Notes under the pieces: model-generated
Database searches by the model: none
Told to the model about the DNA's origin: nothing
What the model saw: only the letters and a program-made list of their open reading frames with translations
Part shown: positions 8,904-18,987 of the stretch, in pieces
How positions within the stretch are numbered: position 1 is the stretch's first letter
How the letters are laid out: every line of letters begins with the position of its first letter
Program-made: the position numbers and the translations under genes
Origin: Promethearchaeota archaeon
Lineage (GTDB): Archaea; Asgardarchaeota; Lokiarchaeia; Sigyniarchaeales; SOKP01
NCBI GenBank assembly: GCA_016839745.1
Contig: JAEOTS010000025.1
Span: 1 to 64,000, forward strand
Reading direction: 5' to 3'
Length of the DNA stretch: 64,000 nucleotides

Positions 8904-10094
8904 ATGAGTGTTTATTTAGACAATCAAGCTGCAAAACCAGTTGATGAAAGGGTAGTATCTGAAATGATGTTATATTTTAACGAGAAATTTGCTAACCCTG
9001 CTTCACTACATTATGATGGCGATGTTGCTACGGATATTTTAGAAAAATCACGGGAAAAAGTTGCGAAATTTGTAAATGCACCTGATCGCGCTGACATTAT
9101 ATTTACTTCAGGAGCGACAGAATCAAATAACTTAGGGATAATCGGAGCTGCAATGAGACAGAAGAAAAAAGGGAACCATGTAATTATTTCTGAAATCGAG
9201 CACATCTCGATCTTAAATATTGGCAAGTATCTTGAAAAAGAAGGATTTCGAGTAAGCAGACTACCTGTCGATCGGTTTGGTATTGTCCGATTAGACAAAC
9301 TTGAAAAGTATATTACCGATGAGACGATTCTAATTTCAATATCTACTGCGAGTAATGAAGTTGGTTCAGTACAACCAACAGCTGAGATTAGCAAACTAGC
9401 TCAAGAAAAAGGAATCTTATTCCATACTGATGCATTAGCAAGTGAAAGCGTGCTTCCTATTGATGTTAAAAAAGTACCAATCGATCTTATCACACTCTCG
9501 TCAAACGATATTTATGGACCGCGAGGAGTTGGTGCTCTTTACATGAAAAAAGGAGTGAGAGTAAACCCTATAATAATTGGGGGCGGACAAGAGAGAGGGT
9601 TTAGATCCGGTTCAGAAAATGTCCCAGGAATCGTAGGATTCGCTAAAGCTGCAGAAATCATGAAAGAAGAAATGCCAAAAGAATCAGAAAATTTGAAAAA
9701 ATTAAGAGATAAGCTAATAAAAAACGTTTTGGATACAATCCCTAAGTCCCATTTAAACGGACATCCTGAAAAAAGACTTCCTCATAACGCGCATTTTCGA
9801 TTTGATTACATTGAAGGAGAATCGTTAATTCTCACACTAAAAGAGCACAATATTGCTGCCGCTACGGGTTCAGCTTGCAGTTCAAAAACATTAGAACCAT
9901 CCCACACACTAATTGCTATGGGACTTCTTCATGAAGAAGCTCATGGAAGTCTGCTTGTTTCTTTGGGTAGAACAACTCGTGAAAGTGACATTGATAAACT
10001 TTTAGAAGTATTACCCGATCAAGTAATAAGGTTGAGAAAGTTGTCGCCTTTAACGCCTTCTGATTTTTTAAAGAAAAATGAAGAGGTGAAATAA
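8904..10094 (+). CDS. iscS: IscS/NifS-family cysteine desulfurase homologue with PLP-lysine replaced by Asp
   Basis: YLDNQA, FTSGATESNN, GGGQERG, ATGSACSS loop; SSNDIYGP in place of SxHKxYGP. Confidence 0.9.
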   Translation: MSVYLDNQAAKPVDERVVSEMMLYFNEKFANPASLHYDGDVATDILEKSREKVAKFVNAPDRADIIFTSGATESNNLGIIGAAMRQKKKGNHVIISEIEHISILNIGKYLEKEGFRVSRLPVDRFGIVRLDKLEKYITDETILISISTASNEVGSVQPTAEISKLAQEKGILFHTDALASESVLPIDVKKVPIDLITLSSNDIYGPRGVGALYMKKGVRVNPIIIGGGQERGFRSGSENVPGIVGFAKAAEIMKEEMPKESENLKKLRDKLIKNVLDTIPKSHLNGHPEKRLPHNAHFRFDYIEGESLILTLKEHNIAAATGSACSSKTLEPSHTLIAMGLLHEEAHGSLLVSLGRTTRESDIDKLLEVLPDQVIRLRKLSPLTPSDFLKKNEEVK

Positions 10095-10098
10095 TAAT

Positions 10099-10902
10099 AT
10101 GAAATCTACTCAATATTCAGATAAAGTTTTAGATCATTTCAAAAATCCACGTAATGTGGGTGAAATAGAAGATGCAGATGGAATTGGTCAAGTTGGGAAT
10201 CCAGTTTGTGGCGATCTCATGTGGATATACATAAAAGTTGGCAAAAATGATGCAGGCGAGGAGATAATAGACGATATTAAATTTAAAACGTTTGGTTGTG
10301 GATCAGCAGTTTCTACATCTTCAATGGTAACTGAGATGGCAAAAGGAATGACTCTTGACGAAGCCTACAAAATCACGAGACAGGATGTAGCTGATGAATT
10401 AGACGGGCTACCACCTATTAAAATGCATTGTTCGAATCTTGCTGCTGATGCTTTGCAGGCTGCGATTGACAACTACCGTTTAGGTACGAACCCAGAAATA
10501 GAAGTTGCAACTTCATGTCAACTAGGTGTTAGAGTAATATTAGGAATTGAAAAGTTTTTTGGAACGGGCGTTTACGATCATATTCCAGCTGATTTGGAGG
10601 AACTTAGAGAGAAAAGAGTCTTAGTAGTTGATTCTGGAGATGAATCGTTAGCATTTGCAGTAAAGTTAACGGAATATACTGGACGAGTAATTGTAGTGAC
10701 CTCAGCAAAATCTATTCCGGGTAACGTCGAAGTAAGGAAAGAATTAAAGCGCTCGGAAGTTAAGATAATACACGAATCAGAACTTATAGAAGTTAAAGGA
10801 GAACTGGACGAAGTTGAAAAGGTCGTGATACATGATAATGACGAAGATGAGAATTACGACCTTTTTGTGGATGTTGTTATAGTTTTAGATTATAGAGGTT
10901 AA
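10099..10902 (+). CDS. iscU: IscU/NifU-N scaffold fused to a degenerate TrxR-like Rossmann domain
   Basis: YSDKVLDHFKNPRN, GNPVCGD, FGCGSA, LPPIKMHCS; the C-terminal ~125 aa resemble the TrxR NADPH domain. Confidence 0.88.
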   Translation: MKSTQYSDKVLDHFKNPRNVGEIEDADGIGQVGNPVCGDLMWIYIKVGKNDAGEEIIDDIKFKTFGCGSAVSTSSMVTEMAKGMTLDEAYKITRQDVADELDGLPPIKMHCSNLAADALQAAIDNYRLGTNPEIEVATSCQLGVRVILGIEKFFGTGVYDHIPADLEELREKRVLVVDSGDESLAFAVKLTEYTGRVIVVTSAKSIPGNVEVRKELKRSEVKIIHESELIEVKGELDEVEKVVIHDNDEDENYDLFVDVVIVLDYRG

Positions 10903-11097
10903 TTTTTTTCAATATATTTTCTTATTTTTTAAACTCGTATTTTATAATTCTAATTGTTTTTATTAAGTTCAAAAAAGCAAATTTTTAGTTCTTAGATTAA
11001 TCAATACATCATAAGAACGCTCTTTAAATGGAATAACGAATTTTTAAAGTTATAAGTAGTGATAACACATCTAAAAAATGTAATAGCTGATTCTAAA

Positions 11098-13485
11098 ATG
11101 GAAAAAGTAATTATTGTAGGTGGAGTAGCTGGTGGAGCTTCAGCTGCAGCCAGACTCCGAAGATTAAGAGAAGATTTAGAGATAACTGTGCTTGAAAGAG
11201 GTCCATTTGTTTCTTTTGCAAATTGTGGTTTACCTTATTATATTGGTCAGGTAATAAAAGAAGAAGAACGGTTAAAACTTATGACTCCAGAGAAATTTCT
11301 CGATCGGTTTAATATTAATATCAAGATAGACCATGAAGTAAAGAGTATTGAGAGAATTAATAAAAATATTACCGTTGAAAATTTAAAAAACGGGGATATA
11401 ATACAATTAGATTATGATTATCTTATTCTTTCTCCTGGAGCATCTCCGATTGTTCCTCCTTTTACAGGGATGAACGATGTTCCGGTTTTTACCTTAAGAA
11501 ATATTCCTGATTCTAATAAAATTATTCATCATATAGAGAGTAATAGCGTTAAACATGCGACAGTGATCGGAGGAGGATTTATTGGCTTAGAAATGGCAGA
11601 AAATCTTAGGCATCGTGGGATTAAAGTAAAGGTTACGGAAATGCTTGACCAAGTCATGGCTTCTTTAGATAAGGAAATTGCTCAGTTCGTGCACCAAGAA
11701 TTACTCCTAAACGGCGTTTGTTTACAGTTAGAAGATCCAGTAGACTCTTTTGAAGTTAGCAGCGAAGGATCCAATTATGTAATCACTAAGAGTGGGGGGA
11801 GAATTAAAACAGATATGATAATACTAGCTATTGGCGTAAAACCTGAGAATCAGTTAGCTGAAGAAGCAGGATTAGATATTGGTCCTAAAGGTCATATTAT
11901 TGTAGATGAGCAAATGAGGACATCTGATCCTTCAATATTTGCTGTTGGAGATGCCATTCAGATTAAAAATTTCGTTACAAAAAAACCAACTGGAGTACCA
12001 TTAGCAGGACCAGCTAATAAACAAGGTAGAATTGTCGCTGATGTCATAGCTGGGCGTAACTCAAGGTATAATGGAGTGTTAGGTGCTTCTGTCGTCAAAG
12101 TATTCGATTTAACCGTTTCTTCAGTTGGATTAAATGAAAAAGAATTAAGTAAAACTGAACTAAAATATGAAAAAATATATGTTCATCCTAATAATCACGC
12201 CGGATACTATCCTGGAGCAGTACCTATAACCTTGAAACTCATTTTTGAAACCCCAAATGGAAGAATTCTTGGAGTACAAGCAGTAGGAGGTTCGGGAACA
12301 GATAAAAGAATTGATGTAATCTCCACTGTTATGAAATTTGATGGGACTGTTTTTGATTTAGAGGAACTTGAGCTTACATATGCACCTCCGTACGGTTCTG
12401 CCAAAGACCCCGTAAACATGGCTGGTTTTGTTGCATCAAATGTGCTTAAAGGTGATATGCCTATCTGGCACTGGAACGATCTAGACAAAATTAAAGCAAA
12501 TAATAGTATTATCCTAGATGTTCGAACAGCTGATGAATATGAAGTTGGGACTATTGAGGGAGCAATAAATATAAGCGATTTAGAGTTAAGAAATCGACTG
12601 AATGAAATACCACAAAATAAGAAGATTTATCTTTTCTGTGAAGTGGGATTCAGAGCTTACCTTGCTACTAGGCTCTTAATCCAAAAAGGATATCAAGTTA
12701 GAAATTTAACTGGCGGATATAAACTCTATAAAACGGCTAAAGCTACAACTGAAGAAATAGCTGCTGAGTGCGGTGCATCCGAAGAAGTAATAGAAGAATT
12801 TATTGAAAAAAAACACAAGATAACCGAAGACTATATCGAAATAGATGCTTCTGGTTTAGCTTGTCCTGGTCCTTTAAATGCTCTTATAAAATCTCTTGAA
12901 ATGTTGCCCGAGAATAAAAAGTTAAAAATATATGCTACAGATCCAGGATTTAAAGCCAGTGTCGAGGCATACGCAAAATTGAATGAAGCTGTTAAGTTAT
13001 TAACGCTGGGAAAAGAAGAAGGAAAGTTAGTTGCCACATTAGAAAAAGGTATTGCAACACATGAAGAAATTGAAGCGCCAGTGAAACCTGAGAAAAAGAC
13101 AAGGAAACAAATAAGAGCTAAAGAAGCACCTGCTTTATCAAATATAACTGCGAATGAACTATATGAGAGAATGGATTCAGACGAGGCTCCAACAATTTTA
13201 ATAGATGTAAGGACACCACAAGAGTATAAGGGAAGAACTGGACATATAAAAAATTCCAAATTGATGCCCTTAGGCGAATTAATGCACAATTTTGATGCTT
13301 TAGAACAATATAAAGATGAGGAAATTGTTATAATTTGTCATAGTGGATCGCGCTCGATGATGGCAGCTCAACTCTTAGTTAGAGCAGGCTTCAAAGACGT
13401 CAGAAATTTAACCGGTGGAATGATAATGTGGCACAGAAGTGGTTATCCTGTAGAAAATGGCGGTGTTAAAAGTACAAACTATTAA
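11098..13485 (+). CDS. CoA-disulfide/persulfide reductase (CoADR/Npsr) with rhodanese, TusA-like and second rhodanese domains
   Basis: GGVAGG, SFANCGLPY, GGGFIG, YAPPYG; rhodanese CEVGFR; DASGLACPGP; rhodanese CHSGSRS. ATG 11098 (MEKVIIVGG) preferred over GTG 11059. Confidence 0.9.
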   Translation: MEKVIIVGGVAGGASAAARLRRLREDLEITVLERGPFVSFANCGLPYYIGQVIKEEERLKLMTPEKFLDRFNINIKIDHEVKSIERINKNITVENLKNGDIIQLDYDYLILSPGASPIVPPFTGMNDVPVFTLRNIPDSNKIIHHIESNSVKHATVIGGGFIGLEMAENLRHRGIKVKVTEMLDQVMASLDKEIAQFVHQELLLNGVCLQLEDPVDSFEVSSEGSNYVITKSGGRIKTDMIILAIGVKPENQLAEEAGLDIGPKGHIIVDEQMRTSDPSIFAVGDAIQIKNFVTKKPTGVPLAGPANKQGRIVADVIAGRNSRYNGVLGASVVKVFDLTVSSVGLNEKELSKTELKYEKIYVHPNNHAGYYPGAVPITLKLIFETPNGRILGVQAVGGSGTDKRIDVISTVMKFDGTVFDLEELELTYAPPYGSAKDPVNMAGFVASNVLKGDMPIWHWNDLDKIKANNSIILDVRTADEYEVGTIEGAINISDLELRNRLNEIPQNKKIYLFCEVGFRAYLATRLLIQKGYQVRNLTGGYKLYKTAKATTEEIAAECGASEEVIEEFIEKKHKITEDYIEIDASGLACPGPLNALIKSLEMLPENKKLKIYATDPGFKASVEAYAKLNEAVKLLTLGKEEGKLVATLEKGIATHEEIEAPVKPEKKTRKQIRAKEAPALSNITANELYERMDSDEAPTILIDVRTPQEYKGRTGHIKNSKLMPLGELMHNFDALEQYKDEEIVIICHSGSRSMMAAQLLVRAGFKDVRNLTGGMIMWHRSGYPVENGGVKSTNY

Positions 13486-13510
13486 TTTTAAAGAAATAAT
13501 TAGTTTCACT

Positions 13511-14653
13511 TTACTTTTTAATGGATTCTAAAACATAATCTGTTATGTATTTAATTTCTTTATCTGATTGAGTTTTATAATTTACATATCTAAAATTAAA
13601 AATGCATAATGGACAAGATGATGCGATCTCCTTAGTTTGGGTTTTTTCAAATATTTTTTTCCCAATTTTTATACTAATACTACTATCAACACCTCTAATT
13701 CCAGATCCAGCCCCACAACAAGGACAATCGTTATGATCCTCTGCTAGCTCTTTTACTTCTATTCCACATTTTCTTAATAACGCTCTAGGTTCTGTATATA
13801 GAGGTCCGCTCTTATATTTTCTTCCAAGTCTGCAAGGATCGTGATATGTAACGGATTTATTTAAAGGCGTTAAGTCAATTTTTTTCTTGTTTTCTAATTC
13901 ATAAATAACATCAATAATGTGCCTTACATTTATATCATAATCTTTTAAATAAAGAGAGTAAACTTTATCGAAAGCATATAGACATCCACCGCAAGTAACG
14001 ATTAAATTTTTTATTCCATTAGATTTAAAGAGTTCCAAATTCGTTTGAAATACTTTTTTGGCGAGACCTAAATTACCTGCTGAATATATATATTCTCCAC
14101 AGCACGGTTCACTTTTAAAAATCTTAAAATCGTAATTACACTCCTTTAGGATTTTATAAGCTGCGCTCGCACTCTCTTTTACCCGAAAGGAGGACATACA
14201 TCCTAAAAACAATAATGTATCTGAATCTTTTTTTTCGTAAACTTCTTCATCTCTATATTCTTCAGGTAACCAATCTAAGCGCTCATCTGGATTTCCATTT
14301 ACAGAATTATCCTTTTCTATAATGTCTTTAATGATTTTTTTATGAATAGATAAAGGAGCTTTATTCTGCTCAACTAATTCCATTTTAGAGGAATGAATTA
14401 TTTCAGATATCAAAATATTTTGTTGACATACTAAATCACATAGAGCGCACAAAGTACACGTATATAATCCGATAATTTCTTCTTCAGATATTTCTTTATT
14501 TGTAAATATCTTTTCAGCAATTTTTAATCTCCCGTTCGGAGATTTTAATACATCATTTGATACCATAAAGGTATCACAATATTCCATACATGTTTTGCAA
14601 TCTATACAAGCATCAATATTTTGAATAATATTATTCTTATCCATTTTTTTCAT
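13511..14653 (-). CDS. HdrD/GlpC-like Fe-S oxidoreductase (two [4Fe-4S] motifs, two CCG domains)
   Basis: CIDCKTCMEYC, CTLCALCDLVC, EPCCG, YHDPCRLGR, CCGAG. Confidence 0.9.
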   Translation of the reverse strand: MKKMDKNNIIQNIDACIDCKTCMEYCDTFMVSNDVLKSPNGRLKIAEKIFTNKEISEEEIIGLYTCTLCALCDLVCQQNILISEIIHSSKMELVEQNKAPLSIHKKIIKDIIEKDNSVNGNPDERLDWLPEEYRDEEVYEKKDSDTLLFLGCMSSFRVKESASAAYKILKECNYDFKIFKSEPCCGEYIYSAGNLGLAKKVFQTNLELFKSNGIKNLIVTCGGCLYAFDKVYSLYLKDYDINVRHIIDVIYELENKKKIDLTPLNKSVTYHDPCRLGRKYKSGPLYTEPRALLRKCGIEVKELAEDHNDCPCCGAGSGIRGVDSSISIKIGKKIFEKTQTKEIASSCPLCIFNFRYVNYKTQSDKEIKYITDYVLESIKK

Positions 14654-14860
14654 CTATACCTTCGTATATTATTTTAGAAGAACGGTTTTCCTAGATAAAT
14701 TTAAGAAATACTTTATAGTTAATTATCGAGGTGAATATCAAAACATCATCTTTTCCTTTAAATTATAAGTAAAAAAGTTATTTTTAACGAAATAAATATA
14801 TATTCAAAAATATTCAATTTACTGAAAATTTCCAATAAATAAATTAAAAAAGGTGAGAAA

Positions 14861-15445
14861 ATGAAAAAGACAGTAGAAAACTTATTTGCCGCGTTCTTGG
14901 GAGAATCTCAAGCGAGGAACAGATATACTTTGTTTTCAAAAATTGCTAAAAAAGAAGGATATATTCTTATTTCAAAGGTATTTGAGGAGACTGCAAATCA
15001 AGAAAGGGAACATGGTGGTTGGAATTATAAAATGCTCCAAGACCTTAAGAAGGAAGAGAAATTCGGAGAATTAGAGATAAAGGCTGGTGGTCCTACTACT
15101 TATGGAACCACAGAAGAAAATCTAAAATCGGCTATTGCGGGTGAAGATTACGAGTGGCAGGAAATGTATCCTGGTTTCGCTGATATCGCAGAAAAGGAAG
15201 GATATCCAGAAATAGCTAAGAGATTTCGAGCTATTGCCTCCGCAGAAAAACATCATTCAGAGAGATATGGCAAATTGTTAAAGTTAGTAGGCGACGATAT
15301 CTTCTTTAAACGAGGAGATAAAGTAGTATGGATATGCCTTGAATGTGGTTACCAAGTTGAATTAGATAAGCTTCCAGAAGACTTTGAATGTCCAAGCTGT
15401 TCACATCCAAGAAGTTATTTCAGAAAAAGATGCGAAGACTACTAA
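14861..15445 (+). CDS. rbr: Rubrerythrin
   Basis: [17 protein letters not shown] diiron motifs; C-terminal CLEC...CPSC. Confidence 0.95.
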   Translation: MKKTVENLFAAFLGESQARNRYTLFSKIAKKEGYILISKVFEETANQEREHGGWNYKMLQDLKKEEKFGELEIKAGGPTTYGTTEENLKSAIAGEDYEWQEMYPGFADIAEKEGYPEIAKRFRAIASAEKHHSERYGKLLKLVGDDIFFKRGDKVVWICLECGYQVELDKLPEDFECPSCSHPRSYFRKRCEDY

Positions 15446-15537
15446 ATTTTGGATATATCTTATAAAATTTAAACAAAATAATTAAATATTAACTTTCAAA
15501 TATTAGAAACAACGCTGTTCTTAATTAAAGAAAGTGA

Positions 15538-15933
15538 ATGATAAATATGAGATCAATAGCAAAGTGTAACATATGTGGAAAGGTAATTGAAATCCTTAAT
15601 CCTGGGGTTCCAGAGACTATCTGCTGCGGACAACCTATGGTTTTAATGGAGGAAAAAACTGCTGATTGGAAAGGTGAAAAGCATGTTCCTAAAATAACGA
15701 TTGATGGTAATAAGGTTACCGTTGATGTTGGTATTTCTATAGGAACACCACACCCCATGACAGAAGAGCATTATATAATGTGGATTGAATTAATCTGTAA
15801 GAATAACTGCTATAAAAGGCAAATGTTAGCTCCTGGAATGGAACCTAAAGCAGTATTTGTTGTTAGTGATACAACAGGGTTAATCGCCAGGGAATATTGC
15901 AATCTTCATGGATTATGGAAAGGTACCGAATAA
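15538..15933 (+). CDS. dfx: Desulfoferrodoxin (2Fe superoxide reductase)
   Basis: CNICG...CCG desulforedoxin domain, EKHVP, HPMTEEHYI, YCNLHGLW. Confidence 0.95.
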   Translation: MINMRSIAKCNICGKVIEILNPGVPETICCGQPMVLMEEKTADWKGEKHVPKITIDGNKVTVDVGISIGTPHPMTEEHYIMWIELICKNNCYKRQMLAPGMEPKAVFVVSDTTGLIAREYCNLHGLWKGTE

Positions 15934-16018
15934 ATTAAGGAATAATTCTTATTTTTATTTTTTTTTTAAAAATTAATATTAACTTTTTAATTAGGTAATG
16001 AGTTTTAAAGTATAGAAT

Positions 16019-17377
16019 ATGTTATTATTACTCCAAATTATTGTCTTATGTTGTTTTATTATTGTAATTATTGCTCTTTTTAGAGAGAAATCTGATTTTC
16101 TTTATTATTCTATGGTAGCTATGTTAGTTTCAGCAGCAGCTACTTTTTTATTATCTCCCGGTGTTTCGACCGAAGAAGTTTTTCTTGCTGTAGATTGGGA
16201 GGTTATATTTTTCTTAGTTTCTTTATTTACAATTGTTGCGATTCTAGAAGAACAATGCATATTTCAGGAAGTCGCGAGAAGGATTACGACGAAATTTAGT
16301 ACTAATACGCGAAAATTTTTCTGGGTGATATGTCTTATTTCTACTATAAGTGCTGCGTTCATTGAAGATATCAGCGTCGCAGTTATATTTGTTCCAATGA
16401 TAATTAGCACCAGTCAAAAGATGAAAATTAATCCCGCTCCAATACTATTGGGTATGACTATTTGCATCAATCTTGCGTCTACTTTAACTCCATTTGGTTC
16501 TGCACAGAATATTTTAATAGCAAATCATTTTGCTCTTTCATCCACATGGTTTTTTACTAATCTTAGTATTTATTTCATTGTAGGTACACTGTCTACACTT
16601 TTTTTACTTGATAGATTTATATTAAAGAAACATCTAGGCGATATATGGATCCCACACTGTGAAGAAAACGAGGAACCGCAAGAAATTGAACATTACGAGG
16701 ATCATGAACTAGTAATCCTAGAAGAACCAATAGATAAAAAAATATTTTATCGAAACATTATTGGACTAGCTATTTTTTTCATTTTGTTAATTTTTATTCA
16801 AAACATTTTGTTTGTTGGTTTATTAGGTATGCTTCTTTTTGTGTTTATAAATCCAAGATTCAATACTGCAGGAAAGAAAAAACCCGATATTTCCTTTTAT
16901 TTAACGAAAGTAGATTTCAAATTAATATTTTTTTTTATAAGCCTTTTTGTATTAATATTTTCGTTTGAGAAAGCAGGGATAATCACCCTGTTGGAGAATT
17001 TTGTGTTAGCTATAACCCCATCTAATTTATTTTTATTATGTGTTATGATACTAGTTATTACCTCTGTTCTCTCGGGTTTGCTTGATAACGTACCTGTTAC
17101 AATTCTATTCATTCCAATTATAGAGGTCTTGACGGAACCTCCCGTTGCATTTTCCACTATTCCTATGCTGATAGCTTTTATATTAGGGATTAACTTAGGA
17201 GGAAATATCTTACCTCAAGGTTCAGCAGCAGATATGATGACCTTAGAACTCTCAAAGAGATATTGTGCTGATGATTTAAATTATAAAAGGTTATTAAAAG
17301 TGGGAGGGTTATTCGCAATATATCATATTATATTAGGGATTGGTTATTTAGCTTTGATGATATTCTTCTTTTTTTAA
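16019..17377 (+). CDS. ArsB/NhaD/SLC13-family ion transporter
   Basis: Multiple TM segments, SAFIED, TPFGSAQN, SGLLDNVP, NLGGN. Confidence 0.85.
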   Translation: MLLLLQIIVLCCFIIVIIALFREKSDFLYYSMVAMLVSAAATFLLSPGVSTEEVFLAVDWEVIFFLVSLFTIVAILEEQCIFQEVARRITTKFSTNTRKFFWVICLISTISAAFIEDISVAVIFVPMIISTSQKMKINPAPILLGMTICINLASTLTPFGSAQNILIANHFALSSTWFFTNLSIYFIVGTLSTLFLLDRFILKKHLGDIWIPHCEENEEPQEIEHYEDHELVILEEPIDKKIFYRNIIGLAIFFILLIFIQNILFVGLLGMLLFVFINPRFNTAGKKKPDISFYLTKVDFKLIFFFISLFVLIFSFEKAGIITLLENFVLAITPSNLFLLCVMILVITSVLSGLLDNVPVTILFIPIIEVLTEPPVAFSTIPMLIAFILGINLGGNILPQGSAADMMTLELSKRYCADDLNYKRLLKVGGLFAIYHIILGIGYLALMIFFFF

Positions 17378-17379
17378 TC

Positions 17380-18222
17380 TTAAGCTAGAATCTCAAAATT
17401 TAGAGATTCTAATTTTAAATATTTGTTATAAATTTGTTGAGGATCACCAACAAACATCTTTTTGAATTGTGGTTTTAAAAATAAATTAAGTAATCCCGCA
17501 ATAATCCTCTTAAAAATCCCTATTCTAGTGTCGTAATAATATTGCTTATCATCTTCTAACCATCCTTGTTCAAACCAATAATTATAATCGGCATTAGTTT
17601 CATCCCTTGCAATATTATGCAGTGCTTTCCTCACTTTAAATCCAAGAACACCTCCTAAGCTTGGTTTTTGATATCTCTGACCATTTAATGCCTTTAAGAA
17701 TATTTTGCATGTTTTCTTAATTTTCTTAACAATTTTTGTTTCTGCTCCTTCAATGGGCATCGTCCGTATCTCTAATCGATGTACGAAATTAAATCCCCAA
17801 GAGTTAGCTACTTGATTGAAATAGTTTGTAACCTTCTTCGCATCAGCAATACCACAATTACAAACACCAATTGCGATTTTTCCGAAAAAACAAGGTCTGT
17901 GGAAAATGTAGGATAACCTGTCAAAAAAATTTTTCATAAGAGCAGGAATGTGCAAGGCATAAGCGGGAGCCATGAAAATTACACCATTAGCTTGATCAAT
18001 CTTATTGAAGATTATATCGCGATCGTCTTTTCCTACTGGGCATTTATCTTCACCTTTAAAAAAGCAGTTATGACACCCTCTACATTGTTCTAGATGAACA
18101 TCTTTAAGATATAAATATTCGAACTCAACTTCCTGAAGCAATTTTAGTTGATATTCTAGTTGTTGCATTATCATGGTCCCATAACCCTTTCTAGGACCAC
18201 CCATTATAGCTAAGATTCTCAT
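17380..18222 (-). CDS. Flavodoxin-fold NAD(P)H-dependent FMN reductase / iron-sulfur flavoprotein
   Basis: GGPRKG, CRGCHNC...C, APAY, MKNFFDR. Confidence 0.85.
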   Translation of the reverse strand: MRILAIMGGPRKGYGTMIMQQLEYQLKLLQEVEFEYLYLKDVHLEQCRGCHNCFFKGEDKCPVGKDDRDIIFNKIDQANGVIFMAPAYALHIPALMKNFFDRLSYIFHRPCFFGKIAIGVCNCGIADAKKVTNYFNQVANSWGFNFVHRLEIRTMPIEGAETKIVKKIKKTCKIFLKALNGQRYQKPSLGGVLGFKVRKALHNIARDETNADYNYWFEQGWLEDDKQYYYDTRIGIFKRIIAGLLNLFLKPQFKKMFVGDPQQIYNKYLKLESLNFEILA

Positions 18223-18404
18223 TTTCTATTCTCATTAATGTTGTATTAACTTAAATAATAAATATTTGACTTTCTATTTAAACTTATTGTTGGTTCTACA
18301 TAGTATGTGTTAAGTCTATATAGTAAAAAACTGAGATTTCACAGCGTCTATCGCGATTTAAAGCAATTTGACTACTTTAAGTAAGTTGAAAAATTATTAA
18401 AAAT

Positions 18405-18947
18405 ATGAGTAAAAAAAAAGCGATTATTTTAGATAGAGATGGTGTATTGATAGAGGATAAAAATTATTCATACAAAATTGAAGATTTAGAAGTCTTACCC
18501 GGAGTTATTGAGGGATTAAAACAATTACAGGAGGAATTTATCTTTTTTATAGTGACCAATCAATCTGGTATAGGGAGAGGCTACTATACAGTAAAAGATT
18601 TCCACAAATATAACGATTATTTGATATCTATTTTAAATGAAAACAATATTAAAATTGAAAAGACCTTTTTCTGTCCACATGTTAAGGAAGATAAGTGTGA
18701 TTGTAGAAAGCCTAATCCTAAATATTTAAAACTAATAGCTGATCAATGGAATGTTAATCTAGAATCCTCTTGGATGATCGGTGATCACCCATCAGATATA
18801 AAATTTGGAATTAATGGAGGATGTAGGACCGTCTATATGGTTACAGGACACGGAAAGAAGCATTTACAGGATTTAGAAGCTAAGGACATTAAACCAACTT
18901 TAGTCCATTCTAACTTTTTAGACGCAACTAAAGAAATAATGAAATGA
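18405..18947 (+). CDS. gmhB: HAD-IIIA phosphatase, GmhB/HisB-N family
   Basis: LDRDGVL, VTNQSGIGRG, CPH...CDCRKP, MIGD. Confidence 0.85.
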   Translation: MSKKKAIILDRDGVLIEDKNYSYKIEDLEVLPGVIEGLKQLQEEFIFFIVTNQSGIGRGYYTVKDFHKYNDYLISILNENNIKIEKTFFCPHVKEDKCDCRKPNPKYLKLIADQWNVNLESSWMIGDHPSDIKFGINGGCRTVYMVTGHGKKHLQDLEAKDIKPTLVHSNFLDATKEIMK

Positions 18948-18987
18948 GATAAATAAAAAACTGAATTCAGATTATTGAATTAATATA

